A DNA stretch of 64,000 nucleotides from Octopus bimaculoides (GCF_001194135.2 NC_068987.1:419064-483063), one strand, 5' to 3'. Numbered from the stretch's first letter, positions 27,191-42,019 are shown. Notes: generated by a model not told the origin, from the sequence alone. Numbers and translations: made by a program.

Positions 27191-27721
27191 TTTAATCTAT
27201 TTTGGAAAGTTACTCCAGAATCATTCTACCCAATAATCTTTGGGTAGGTTTTTCTTAATCAGTTGAGGGAACTTCAGTTAATCTAACTGGGTGGGCTTAG
27301 TTTATTGTTTAGGGTACTTTGGGTAGCCTAGCTGATTCAAATAATGTAAGTCGTCTTGGGTAATTTATCTATCTTAGGCATCATTCTGTTTTCCATTTTA
27401 TTGGGGTTTCCTTGGGTGAATAGTCTTTAAGTTACCTCAGGTAACCCACTTAGCTGAAGTAATGGTAGTGATGATGATGGTGGTGGTGGTGGTGGAGGGA
27501 ATAATTATTGGTGATACAGTGTCATCACTCATCCTTAGGAAGCTTCCCTCCATTCTATCTAGTTACAACATGCTCTGCTAACCACATCTCCACTCAGTTG
27601 CCATGGCAATAGATATGGATGGTTAAATTTACTGGAACGAAATATGGGGTGGGGGAACCAAAAATCAACAGTGCACATTACATATAATATCACACATACA
27701 GGCATGTCTATATCATTATCA

Positions 27722-27970
27722 GCATCATCATCACCATCGTTTAACGTCCGTTTTCCATGCTGGCATGGGTTGGACGGTTTGACTGAGGACTGGCAAGCCA
27801 GGAGGCTGCACCAGGCTCCAGTCTGATCTGGCAATGTTTCTACGGCTGGATGCCTTTCCTAACATCAACCACTCTGAGAGTGTAGTGGATGCTGTTTACA
27901 TGCCACTGGCACAAGAGCCAGTCAGGTGAGCCTGTCATCAATCCCACTCGAATAGTGCTTTTTCCATGCC
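27722..27970 (-). mobile_element. Family B copy, representative of older copies
   Basis: Core GGATGCC(C/T)TTCCTAAC.CCAACCACT. More diverged copies at approximately 2850-3065, 4690-4905, 8290-8430, 31060-31270, 35725-35915, 40335-40600, 44560-44690, 44905-45110, 49890-50030, 51775-51835, 63150-63400. Confidence 0.8.
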
Positions 27971-28448
27971 ATCATCCAAAAGTCACCACCTTCTGCTTTC
28001 CCTGGTTTTGCGTGTACACACACATAGGCAGGATTTGAATTTCATACTTAAGCTATTATGTTTAATATATCTAAAGTATCTAATTTGCTTATCTGCATAA
28101 TCACACACACACACAAACCCATGTATACATCTACATACACCCATTCATTCATTCATACAATGACTGGCTTGTGTGTGTGTGTGTGTGTATTCTTGTTGTG
28201 TTGATATGTTCATGCAGATTGTAAACAAACGTCACCGTTCATACAAAATAGTGTCATTTGTTTACAATACTCCCTGCAAGCATGTCTGGACTGTACCTCG
28301 TTTGAAGGACTTGGGGGAAATGCTTCTGCGCTTGGATATGACTGAAGGTTATTGACAGGAAAGGCATCCTGCCTTAGAAAATTTGCCTCAGTGAATTTCA
28401 TGTGAGCCATGGTTAAAGTAGACATTAACACGATTGTTTTACTTCTCT

Positions 28449-28486
<38 letters not shown>

Positions 28487-28792
28487 ACATTGTGAGGAAG
28501 CCACCATCCTCCCTGAGCCATGCCAGTTTGGCATCCCAGCCGTGAAATACTGATGTGGATTGTGAAGAGACAATATACAATGTTTATAAATGGACAAAAT
28601 CAGGAAGATTACTAAAACAGTGTCACACTTTTGCAACGCACAGAACCACCATTCACCATTCACATTGGAATGGTTTTTGTTAATGGTTTAGAACTTCCTG
28701 TGAATTCTTAGAATATATTGTTGCTACTGAAATATGTGGGTAGCAGTTTATATTTACACACAACATTTGTATATGTGTGTTGTGTGTGTGTG

Positions 28793-28884
<92 letters not shown>

Positions 28885-30997
28885 TATATAAATATAATCA
28901 GCTAATTCTATTTAACTCTCAGTAGCAGTCATGCAGTTATTAGTGGTTGTTTTAGTAGTAGTGGTGGTGGTGGTGGTAGTCTGACTGAAGAACAATGGAA
29001 TGTTTACAAGAAGTTCTGCCCAACTGGAGAAATCTGTTTTAATAGTTTAGCACAGTTTTTGTGATACCCTGTCGCCACCCCTTGCCACCCTCAAACCACC
29101 CCTGCTACCTATCTCTGCAAGAGGACTCTCTCTCTCTGTGACACTAGATCTTGTATGTTGAATGCCAAACACTGTCTCATTGACCCTGCTCACCCCCTTT
29201 CCTTTCTCTCTACCCCCCCACACACACTGCCATTAATATTTCATTCCCTTCCTCAGTCTTCTAGTGTGTGTGTGTGTGTGTGTGTGCACAAACACTTGAA
29301 TTCCACTCTTGTTGTGTCACCCTGGGTCGGTCCCGAACCTGTTGTCTTATGACATAGATTTACATTGGTATTTCTTTGATTAATCTCACCTGTATCTATC
29401 ATCAAGCCGTTCCAGCTGTGACCATCCAATTGTATTTTGGAGCCAGTTTTCTTCCAGCATCTCAGACTGAGTGACTTTGTTGCAGTTTCTGGTAATGTAA
29501 AAGATTAAGCCACTGTAACCAGCCTAGCAGATAATCCTTCCCTCGTGGAACCCCTGTTCTTCTAGTAGATGGCTGTCTACACAACTTGTTGAAAGATAAA
29601 CCTGTTTGATAAGAGAAATTAACTCTTAGCATGGCTTCTCATTCTTCTTCTTCTTCTTTTTATTCTAGTATGTTGTCATCTTGTTAATATTCCAGGATAT
29701 TTATTCTCTTATTATTCTTCAATGGCCTCTTCACCATTTCCTCTTTTGATTCCATCGTTGATTATCATATTTTACCGTCCCTCTTTTTTTCTTTTCCAGG
29801 TAAGTGATGCATGCTGGGAACTCTGATAGGAATCTTCGTCAAGGTCAGTGAAGTTTTCCTCTCTTCTAGAACATCGTTACCACCACCACCACCACCGCCA
29901 CCGCCACCACCACCACCACCAACATCATCGTTACTATCGTTATTATCAACATCATCACCACAATCATTGTTATCGTTGTGTCCTTATCATCANNNNNNNN
30001 NNNNNNNNNNNNNNNNNNNNNNNNNNNNNNNNNNNNNNNNNNNNNNNNNNNNNNNNNNNNNNNNNNNNNNNNNNNNNNNNNNNNNNNNNNNNNNNNNNNN
30101 NNNNNNNNNNNNNNNNNNNNNNNNNNNNNNNNNNNNNNNNNNNNNNNNNNNNNNNNNNNNNNNNNNNNNNNNNNNNNNNNNNNNNNNNNNNNNNNNNNNN
30201 NNNNNNNNNNNNNNNNNNNNNNNNNNNNNNNNNNNNNNNNNNNNNNNNNNNNNNNNNNNNNNNNNNNNNNNNNNNNNNNNNNNNNNNNNNNNNNNNNNNN
30301 NNNNNNNNNNNNNNNNNNNNNNNNNNNNNNNNNNNNNNNNNNNNNNNNNNNNNNNNNNNNNNNNNNNNNNNNNNNNNNNNNNNNNNNNNNNNNNNNNNNN
30401 NNNNNNNNNNNNNNNNNNNNNNNNNNNNNNNNNNNNNNNNNNNNNNNNNNNNNNNNNNNNNNNNNNNNNNNNNNNNNNNNNNNNNNNNNNNNNNNNNNNN
30501 NNNNNNNNNNNNNNNNNNNNNNNNNNNNNNNNNNNNNNNNNNNNNNNNNNNNNNNNNNNNNNNNNNNNNNNNNNNNNNNNNNNNNNNNNNNNNNNNNNNN
30601 NNNNNNNNNNNNNNNNNNNNNNNNGTGACGTCAGCAAAGATAACATTGCTCATGGTACATTTAATGGTGGTGAGGTGGGTGAAGACCCTCGTCCAGTGGG
30701 GGTGGGGCAGTCTAACTCCAACCAGTAGAGATCTAATATACCACCATTGCCGTCTGTTGCCCCACACTGGAGCAATACGCTGCCCACTTCTCTACCCAGT
30801 GGTCAAATGTATTTGGTGTGGTGTTGCAGCCTGGACTGGCCTTCAGTCTCCACTGTAGCAGTTGCTGGTCAGTAGTCGTTGTATGTTGGTTGGTCTTTTA
30901 GCAAGAAATTGCCCTGATCAGACGATTCTTAAAAGAAGAAAAAGGGTCAGAAATAAGAATCAGCACCATTCTGGTCATTTGGTAACGTGTGTGTGTG

Positions 30998-31036
<39 letters not shown>

Positions 31037-31318
31037 TTGCTTTGACATTGTAGTTGTAAAGGAGCATCACTGTCATACAAGCAGTGCCATTTGTTTCCAA
31101 TCTTCTGTGAAAAGATGTTTGGCTTTGGGGAAATATTACCATGGCAACATGTGGGGTTGGGGGTTGGTGACAGGAAGGGCATCCAGCCATAGAAATTCCT
31201 CACTAAATTCTATCTGACCTCTGTAAGTGTGCAACAGTGGATGGCTACCATGATGATGATGATGATGCTCTGTCTGTGTTGTATGTTTGGCAGAACAAAT
31301 AAGAGAAATACAACTGGC

Positions 31319-31380
<62 letters not shown>

Positions 31381-31409
31381 NNNNNNNNNNNNNNNNNNNN
31401 NNNNCTGGC

Positions 31410-31472
<63 letters not shown>

Positions 31473-31848
31473 TCCAGATGTGTCTACGTGTATTGATGTT
31501 TTGCAGAATTTCAATGGAGCTTTTGTGCAGAAACCAAGAACCAAGTGATAGCAGTGAATAGCTGTTGGTGGGGTGGGGGTGGGGGGGGAAGAGGTGTTAG
31601 GATGATGTGGTGGTGGTGTTGATTTGATAGAATTTCATATAATACATAAAAAGCCATTGCTTTATTGAAGTAAATGTATACATGATGTATATATTGGCAT
31701 GCTTGTTATGTATGTATGTGTGTATATGCCTATATATATATATATATTCACACACCTATATGTATGTGTATATGCTTGCTTGCTTGTGTGTATGTATGTA
31801 TATGTTTGTATGGCTAATATGTCACACATAAAGTACTTGTGTGTAATA

Positions 31849-31885
<37 letters not shown>

Positions 31886-34800
31886 CTTGTCTGAATGAAT
31901 ATTTCATTGATCTGAGACCTGAACTTGAACCATGGACTGCTGCTCTCCAGCCTTTCTGTTTCTCAACTTTATATTTGGATATAGCATTTAATGAACCCAA
32001 ACATTGCTGTGGGACCAATTCCGTATTCTTTATGGGAGGCTGTTATTATTGCACATCACTTATTTATATTCAGCCATCGACATATGTGAAACTTGTCATA
32101 TTGGATAGGGCTTCTCTATACTCAACTGTTGACCTGATGTCAAAACACACACACACACACACACACACACGAAGGTAGATAATATGTATATACACACATT
32201 GGCACATGTCTACTTGTATATATGTGTGTATATTACATGTAGTACTAAATGTGTGTGTATTTATGCATGTATTTAAGTGTGTATGTATATCTCTGTCTAT
32301 ACGTTTATTTGTGCCTGTATGTGTGTAGATAATTTTTCTACACACATACACCCGTGACTAATAAATACATTGCGTAATCATGTCTTTTTGATGGTGATTC
32401 AGTTAACCTTTTCACCTTACCCTCATCCATACTACAATGGACTCACCCCACCCATCTCATTCTATAAGTACTGGTTCTAGTAGTAGTAGCAGTAGCAGTA
32501 GTGGTGATGGTGATGGTGGTGTCATATTTGTAATATTAGAAGTGGTGGTGATGTTTTAATTATCTGCAACAATGAGAAGAGACGAGAAGGAGCAGAACAA
32601 TTCTAAGTACCCTAGTCACTAATTAAGGGTGGATAGCTATGTCATCATTGTTTCAGCATCTCTGTTCCCATCTGAAACCAATTCCAAATGCTGCTAGCCT
32701 GTTGAGTTGAGGGTGGATAGCTCTGACATCAGTGTTAACTTGCATACCTCAGCTGACACCCGACTGGTTAATTGCTGCTTGAAATGCCCCACCAGGGTAC
32801 ATCTTTTTTTTTTGTTCTGTCACTGGTTAATGTGTGTTGGGTGTGTCTCAGGAAACTACAGAATGTCTAACTCAAATTGAAGGTGGGAGCAGAGCAAGAC
32901 AACAGGGTTAGTCCAGGGTGATTAAATATCACTTTTCAGCTGCATGTTTCTGAGTTCAATCCCATGGCATGGTACCTTGGGTAAGTGCCTTCTCCTACAG
33001 CATCGAGTCAACCAATGATTTGTGAATGAAATTTTGGGAGAAGGACACTGTGAAATATCAGGTGAGAAACTATAAAACATTGTTGGATGCAGCACTTGTA
33101 GTGGTTCTCAGAATTCAGTGAAGATAAGACTCAAAGAGAAAATATGGTTCTGTTCTGGAAATGTATTTTAACATAACCTGTTCATGAATTCTTATACCTA
33201 CTGCATCTGTGGGTAAGGGGTATATGCATATACCTCTTTCTCTCTCTGTATAAATGCATGAGGGAGGGAGGGAGAGAGAGAGTGGTGTGGACAACAAGAG
33301 GGTTTGGAAAGAACTCTTTAACACAACTAACTCCCCTCTCTCTGACCCAATCTTATTGCTGTGGATCCATGTTGAGCTTAGAAGACTGTCTCCAAGATGT
33401 GTAGAATGGTTGTGTCTTTTAGCTTTGCTGAATTTCTCTTTTTGCTCCAAATGTTTCCCATCTTGACATTGCTTCTCTTCCTCCCAATTTGCTAAACTCA
33501 TCCCAGCTGTTGATGTCCAAAGAACCAGCTTTGATTGAACTTGCAGCATCTGCCTCAGAATCTAATATGAAATTATCAATGTCACATTACTGTGCCACGG
33601 ACTCCACTCCCCAGTTACCCCAACTGTGCCATCCAAGAAGAAGGAAATTCAAGGAATAAACATTAAATCTTAAAACCTCACCAATAATAACATCTGGTGT
33701 TAAAACAACAGCAGAGGAAAACTGGGGTAGATTCTGTTGAGAATGGGGTGTGGTGGTGGTGGTGGGTTGGGGGAGGGGGTCGTGTTAAAGGATTCTTTCC
33801 AACACTTCTTACCCCTCCACTCTCTCTCCCCCACACACATACTTATATACTGAGAGAGAGAGAGAGAGAGAGCAGTGTGCATGTATCTACATAGATATGT
33901 GTGTATGCAGATAGCAATTACGCACAGATGCAGTCGGTATTGGCTGCGTTACATAAGAATTCTTGAAAATGTGTTAAAGTGCATTTCCAGAACCGGACCA
34001 TATTTTCTCTTTGATTCCTGTCTTCACTGAACTTCCATCTTACACAACAAATGAGTCAAATCTTCTGGGCAACAGAAACTTCCGGGGTAACATTTGAAGT
34101 CCAGTGGGAGAATTGGTTTAGTGTTCTGGCACTGCACATTACTGTACGGTTTGTGAGGGGTAACACATCCAGAGAGTGAGGTACCTTATATAGACAGACA
34201 GACAACAGACAGATGTGTGTGTGTGTGTGTGTGTGTGTGTGTCTAGTGTGCCTATGTGTGTGTATGTATGTTTTACACATATGTGCTTGTTGAAAGGTTA
34301 TCAACAAATGGTTTATTGACATAGAAACTCCCCACCCCCATTACCACCCTCACCTTGTAATATAGGATGCTGGTGGTGGAGGAGGAGGGGGCAGCAGTAG
34401 TAGTGGCTGTGGGCGGGTGAGGTGTGTAATGGTGATAATGAGGTAGTGTTATTTACTGACTGGGCCTGGTGGTGGTGGTAGGGGTGGGGTAGTGGTGATG
34501 GTTTCTGAAGAACAGTCTTGTTGACTTGCTAAGCCTTAGGGCTCATCAAACAGACCTTTCATCAAAGACATTCCAACCAGGACCATCTCATTTTTTACTA
34601 TATTATCCAACTTATTTTCTTAAGACAGTAGTATGATTTAAGAGAGGTTTCCTTGCCATTTCCAGTGAATAAGGAGTCATTTAGAGCCTGCCTTGATGAT
34701 GATGATGATAGTTTTGTGTGTTGAGGACTTAGAGAGGAACCCTTTGTCACAATTTTCTCATTTCCTTCCACTCTTAGACCTGATTGCAGTGGTGGTGGTG

Positions 34801-35919
34801 GTGGTGGTGGTGGTGATGGTGGGAGTGGTATTGGTGTTGGTGGTGCTGGTTATGAAGATGGTGATGGTAGTGGTGCTAGTGGTTGTAGTAGGAGTGAGGG
34901 TAGCAGTGAGAGATTGTTCATATCAGTATTTCAAGTAATGTTGTTGGTGGTGGTGGTGGTGATGGCGGTAGTGGTGGCAGTGGCGGCGGCAGCGAAAGAG
35001 AAAGTTTTGGCATAAGTGTTAACAGGTGTTCACAACTGTATTCTGAGTAATATGGTTGGTGGAATGGTCAGCCTGATATTCTACTGAGGGTTATTGGAGA
35101 ATGGGTGAAACAACAATGGCTTTGCTTGGGATTAGAGACTCTAAACTTCGTTGAAAATACTTGTAACAGGTTTAAAAAGAAAAAAAATACTGAAAGATTT
35201 TCTGATGACGCTGCTGGAAGGTGGAGTGATTGCTGTTACTCATGTATATTATTAGCTTTATAGGCATGGTACAGTGGTGGTTTAAATACTCAAATATTTC
35301 TATAGGTATGGTAGAGAGGTAGTTTAAACAAGTGAACATGTCTGACACATAGTGAAAGTGACAAAACCATTCTCTGCTTTCATTCAGATTCTTTAGATTA
35401 GAGACAGGTGGATTATGTCAAACAACTGTTATGTACTGGAGATAACTCTGGACCTGAGTGTTAAGGGAATCTTTGGGGAAAATTGCCCTGCCATCTTCCT
35501 TTGAAAGGCAGAGGATTTTCTCTTGTTATCTGGCCATAGTAGGAGGAGAGATAGTATGAGGAATAGAGCCTAAGGGCTGTGTTCACCATATTATCTCTTG
35601 GCTGTGTGTGGAGCCAGCTGTTGTTTTCTTCTTTGACCTAATCCTTATCAACTTCACCCATCACCGCTTGAAGTGTAAATTAACGAGAGAGAGAGAGAGA
35701 GAGAGCAGGATTGGGTTTATGACCTAATACATCATCATCATCATTTTAGCATGGGTTGGACAATTTCACAACAGCTGCTAAGTGAGAAAATTGCACCAAA
35801 CTCTGCTGTCTGTTTTGGCATGGTTTCTATGGCTGGATGCCCTTCCTAATGCCAACCACTCAGAGAGTGCATTGGATGCTTTGTATGTGGGTGGCACCAG
35901 CACCAGTGGTGTCACCAAA

Positions 35920-37090
35920 TGACTGACCTTACAATCAGCTGTCCTCATCTATACACATCACTTGACCAAACCACTTCTTCCTACATCTTCCTCTTCCACA
36001 GGTGCCCTCCACATTTACTGGTCAGCCATCCTCCTCTATACGCATCACTTGACCAAACCAGCTCAGTCTTCTCTGATGCTTCTTATACCCAATTTTTCCC
36101 CCCAACATATTTACACTTTGTTGTATATGCACATTGACACTGCACATCCAACAGAGCATGTAGGTTCATTTCTTTCATATAATCACATGTCTTCTACAGT
36201 CACAGCCCATGTTTCACTACCATGTAGCATAGCTGTCCATACACAAGCATCATATAGTCTAGGTAATGGAAGCACAAGCATCACCTAGGCAATGGAAACT
36301 GTCTACTATCTCTAAGAATCTCCACCTGGTCATTTGAGGAAATCTATTTCCTGTGTGTCTTTAGTGTTTATTGTTTCCTGCACATCTGCTGCATGCAAAT
36401 TCTACTTTCTCTGTTAACCTTCCTCTGATTCCACTGCACCTCTTATGTGTCCATAACTTCCACTGGGTCCATCATGGAATTTCTACCCACACCTTTTCTA
36501 CATATCAAGCAGGACCATTTCCCTGGAGGGGTCAGTAATTTATCTGTTTTTCTGCTTACTAGACTTTTGGTCTTTGCTAAATTAACTCTAAAACCATTCG
36601 ATTCCAGGCTTTGCTTTCACCCCTGAAATTTCTCTAATTCCACTAGAGATTCAGCCTATAAGAACAAGGTCATCAGCACAGAGAAGCTCTCCTGGAAAAC
36701 CAGTTTTAAATTCCTCTGTTATGGTCTGGAGGATTATGATAAAGAAGAGGGGCTGATCACTAAATTCATTGCTACACTACTGACAGCATTCCTGTACATG
36801 GCATGGTCTGTTATCGCCAGCCACTCATTGACCCCTAGCTTCCACATCAACCACCACATGTGGGAGCGATGGACTCTGTCAAAGGCTTTCTCCATATCAA
36901 CAAATGCCAAGTACAGTGGCATGTTTCTGGCTGTATGTTTCTCCTGTAGTTGCCTTTCTAGGAAGATAGTATATCAGACATGCTGCTCCCTGGCACAAAA
37001 CCAAACAGCATCTCATCTTATTTAACTCTCTTCTTAATTAGTTGAGCAACGACCTTTTGTGTAACTTTCTTGACTTCATCCAGTAATTTG
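35920..37090 (-). mobile_element. Degenerate RTE-clade LINE fragment
   Basis: ORF 36734-36922 LYLAFVDMEKAFDRV (RT). The region ~36400-36720 is homologous to 14700-15000; C-terminal remnants lie at 35920-36260. Confidence 0.85.
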
Positions 37091-37296
37091 ATACCTCTGT
37101 ATTGTATAAAACTGGGTGGAATTTGGTGGTGGCGGGGAAGTCTTATTTCAGGAACAGGGCCATGTTCAGACTGTGTATCCTTTATTCTAAAACCAGTAGG
37201 CTATTATTTGAAGATGTAGCTGCTGTTTCTAGTAAACTGAGTGAACTTCTAGATGCTTCCTTGAATCACTTAGTGGTTGTTTTATTACTAAGAGGC

Positions 37297-37342
<46 letters not shown>

Positions 37343-40300
37343 TTAATTGTTTAATGCCCTGTGGTTTTTCCAAGTGGCACNNNNNNNNNNNNNNNNNNNN
37401 NNNNNNNNNNNNNNNNNNNNNNNNNNNNNNNNNNNNNNNNNNNNNNNNNNNNNNNNNNNNNNNNNNNNNNNNNNNNNNNNNNNNNNNNNNNNNNNNNNNN
37501 NNNNNNNNNNNNNNNNNNNNNNNNNNNNNNNNNNNNNNNNNNNNNNNNNNNNNNNNNNNNNNNNNNNNNNNNNNNNNNNNNNNNNNNNNNNNNNNNNNNN
37601 NNNNNNNNNNNNNNNNNNNNNNNNNNNNNNNNNNNNNNNNNNNNNNNNNNNNNNNNNNNNNNNNNNNNNNNNNNNNNNNNNNNNNNNNNNNNNNNNNNNN
37701 NNNNNNNNNNNNNNNNNNNNNNNNNNNNNNNNNNNNNNNNNNNNNNNNNNNNNNNNNNNNNNNNNNNNNNNNNNNNNNNNNNNNNNNNNNNNNNNNNNNN
37801 NNNNNNNNNNNNNNNNNNNNNNNNNNNNNNNNNNNNNNNNNNNNNNNNNNNNNNNNNNNNNNNNNNNNNNCCATTACTGTCCGAGATGTGGGGGTGGGAG
37901 AGGGAACTTCACCACCACCACCACTCCAATGATCACCTGCCACTACTCCCCCCCCATTACCACATACTTTCATCACATCAAACATTGAAGGTGCTGCTAT
38001 GTGGTTGATGAACCTGCTGGAAATAACAGCCAAATTTTGCTCAAATAACATTTTACCACCTTAGAAAAGGAATGGAGCATTGTATAATGAAGTCTTAGGT
38101 TCCCTGTACATAGAGAACGATGGGATGGTCATAACTGGAGTGTCTTTGATCATAGGTTTGCTCAATCAGGTCTGACCTGGGTTCTCATCCACTGTCACCT
38201 TCACCACTGCCTCCCATGGCCACCACCACACAATTGTTTACTACAACTGTCCCCTATAAATGCACCAATGGTTTATCATAGGGGACACTAATGTCCTTGT
38301 CCTGCTAGAAATGGTTGACCTGTTTCCTCCAGAGAACTCCCTATTATCTTAAAAAGAGAGTACACATTATACAATGTACTCTTAGATATACAATGTACAA
38401 TGTACTCATTATACAATGTACTCTTAGATATACTACTGTCTGAATAAAAAACAGGATGGTCGAAGCTGGAATGTCTTCAGCTATAGGTCTGCTGGAGCAG
38501 TACTTTGGGGATAAACAACAAAAAAGAACAACACATCAGATAGTGTAGTCCCAGAATATCTTAGGTCCTTAAGAAAAAAAAAAAATTAAAAAGTATGCAA
38601 CAAGATCCCTTATGGGTCTTTCAAATGTCAGCCCTTTGCTACCAGCACAGAGGATTAAGGACTCTCCTAGCAAACACCTCCTTAACATAGCCAGGATCGG
38701 ACTTCAAACACAGATCTTCTTTTACCAGAGCTTGAAACTACAATCAGCACTGATTCCACAATACAATTCTAACCCCATATCTGCTACAGTGCTGCTACTT
38801 TTTACATCTCAGATCATCATCAATCATCAATCATCATCAATCATCATTGTCATCATTGTTGTTGTTGTTATGATCCTCATCAGTCTGTTAATGTCTTCTT
38901 TGCTGTGGTTGTGAAAGGCCAGGTAGGATTTCATTGAGGCAGATTTTCAATGGTCTGAAGCCCTTCCTGTTGCTAACCCTCACGTTTGCAAGCAAACTAA
39001 TATTTTCCTCATGGCTGGACCTGTTCCTGAGAATACAAACAATAAACAGCACCACTTGTAATAACGGTGGCACTCGACTGGACAATATGAAGTCACTCAC
39101 TGACACTCCAGCCTCTGACCAGCGCACCTGTTGTGTCCACTCTCAGTCTGCACTACTACTGCTACTACAGTGGTCACTTCTCAAATGGAACTTATGTCCC
39201 CCTCCTCTCACTCCCCATCCCTCTGGCCTAGCCAGTCCTTTCTCCTCACCAATATCTTCCTGGAATTCCCACCTGGCAAAAGATTTTCTAGCAGTTGTCA
39301 ATCGGCAACAGTTTCAGGCGATGGACTGCACTGGCGTTGGAAGATCTGTGAAGGTCTTGACCACTGTATATCAGGATGGTCATGGCTGGATTGTCTTTGA
39401 TCCTAGATTTGATCTACAGCTAAACAACTACAGGGAAAGACATGGTAGATGATGGAATCCTACATACATTCTGTCTGAATAAAAAAATAGGCAGGGAGAG
39501 TCATGGCTGGAGCAGCTTTGATCATAGGTCTGCTGGACCAGGAATGACCTTGGGCTAAACAACAGCAAAAGACAGGATGGTGTACAGTGTCACCATCCAG
39601 TTTTGCTAGTAACATTAGATTACAGCCAAATTCCATTCTAAATAACATCGTCCCCATCACCACCCCCATGAGATGGATGGAGGAGGAGGAGGGTGAAACC
39701 TTCTGTTATCACCCCCACTCCGCCATCATTGCCATTTCCACCACCACCACCACCACCACAAGAACATTGAATTCCATTGCTACCACCACACCACTACTAC
39801 TGAATACAGCATCGCCACTACCACCACCACCATCACCATTTCTAAAACTTTAGGGTCCCTAACTGATCCTGTGACATTTCTCCCCCTCCCATCTTATGTC
39901 CACTTCAATCCCCACACCACCACCACCATCATCCCCATTAGCTTTCCCCCTCAACCTGGTACTGCTACACCTCCATCCTGCTAACATAACTGTTACCCCA
40001 TCAGCAGCACCATCACAGNNNNNNNNNNNNNNNNNNNNNNNNNNNNNNNNNNNNNNNNNNNNNNNNNNNNNNNNNNNNNNNNNNNNNNNNNNNNNNNCCC
40101 CTCACCCCCCTCACCACCACCTCTATACTGTTGGAAGCTGTCATTGCCGGCTTCAGTAACTGTCTCCAGAACATTCCACAGTGTCAGCTGGAACATTTTG
40201 GGATATTTTGACTTCAGATGGGAATAACAGGAATTCCAAGACTTTCCCCTATTTTGTTGTCGCAGTCCATGCTTTTGGGAATGCCATGAATTCCATAGAA

Positions 40301-40652
40301 CATCACATTTTATACTTCACACATACACACACATATATCATCGTCATCATCATCATCATCGTCATCATTTAATGCCTGTTGTCCGTCCATGTTGGTATGG
40401 TTTGGACAGTTTGACCAGAGGTGGGAAGCTGGGGAGCTATATCAAACCCCACTCCTCTGTTTTGGTAGGGTTTCTTTGGCCGGGTGCCCTTCCCTACCAC
40501 CTTACAGGGTGTACAAAGGGCGCTTTTCACATGGCACTGGTATGGCCGCTTTTTACATGGCCTGGCACAGGTGTCGTTTACACAATGTCAGCATGGGTGC
40601 TTTTTATGTGGGGCCAATACATACTAATACACCTGAGCCATAAGAAATGACA

Positions 40653-40731
40653 CAACAGACAAGATGAGGACAAATATCCATCAAATGTAAATAATGTAAA
40701 TAATTCCTCATCTCTTAAATATAGAACTGTA
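40653..40731 (+). mobile_element. Isolated 3' tail of family E
   Basis: ACAAGATGAGGACAAATATCC.TCAAATGTAAATAATGTAAATAATTCCTCATCTCTTAAATATAGAACTGTA matches the reverse complement of 55256-55328. Confidence 0.8.
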
Positions 40732-41133
40732 GAAGCACTTCTTTATCCAGCTGTCCTCATCCGTAAGCATCCCATGGCCAAACCACTGCAGTGCTACAAC
40801 CAATTCCTCTGATGCCCATCAACATATTTGCACTTTGTCCTACATGCATATTGACTTTGCACACCCAGCCACAACTACTTTACCTCAACCGGTCCAGCTC
40901 TCTTTAATACCAAAATACATCAAAATGGAAACCAATCCCATAAAATTAAAAAGTTCTCTGGACAAATTTCTTCAAAAAACCCGGACCAACCTCCTACACC
41001 CGGATATGTCTCCTACAATACAAACTCTTTGCTAGAGTGGGTCATGGTGCCCCATATATGGCTAAAAGTGCTACAAAGTTAGACAACGCCTAGGCCTACA
41101 CTGGTAGAAACCTATCAAAGTTATGTATATATG

Positions 41134-41172
<39 letters not shown>

Positions 41173-42019
41173 TGCGTATAACTGAGTTATTCTGAGAGTG
41201 GGAAGGTTTTGTAGTTTATTTCTTGATGGATTTGTCAGTCTTTCCTGACACATCTGAAACCTTCTCAATGAGTCAGTCCTGTTTGTTCCCTTCATGTTTA
41301 CTCGTTATATATCGATGGTGATGATGCTAAGTCGGTCTGTTTGTGTGTGTGTAAATATTGTGTATATAGATGTGTGTGTGTGTGTGTGTGTGTGCACGCA
41401 TTGGAGTGATGAAGATTTTCCTTTTTTTTCATTATGGGAATTGTTGTCAATAGTTTTTCCTGTTGGGTTGTTATGGTGTTTGTGAGAAAGATACATCCAC
41501 TAAATACTTGTGTATCTGAAACACACACTGTTTAGGTTTAAGATTTTGTGTATTTCTTGAGCTTGTCTGACCTAGTTGTCCCTCCACCACCACCACCACC
41601 ACTACAGCCACTACACGCCATTACTTAATCATTAACCACCACACTACTACTACAACCAATGCACCATCAACCACTGCTACAACTACGACATACATCAACC
41701 AAACTACCACAAATACATGTCAACTATCCATTCTTCTTCTTCTTCTTCTTCTTCCACCACTACTACTACTACTACTACTACTATAGATACATCATCAACC
41801 AAACACTGTGACTAGTTTCAAATTTCGTTTTTGCCAACTGAGATTTCATCCACAGATTGCTCCGAGTGTGTGTATGTGTGTGTTGTGTGTGTGTTACACT
41901 GATGTGCTGCCTGCCTGTTTGCCTGCACTTGCATACGGTAGTCTCTTCATTCATACTCTGACACATGAGGTACTCCAGCCTGGCCTTGAACATGATGGCT
42001 GCAAGAAACTTAGACTGAA

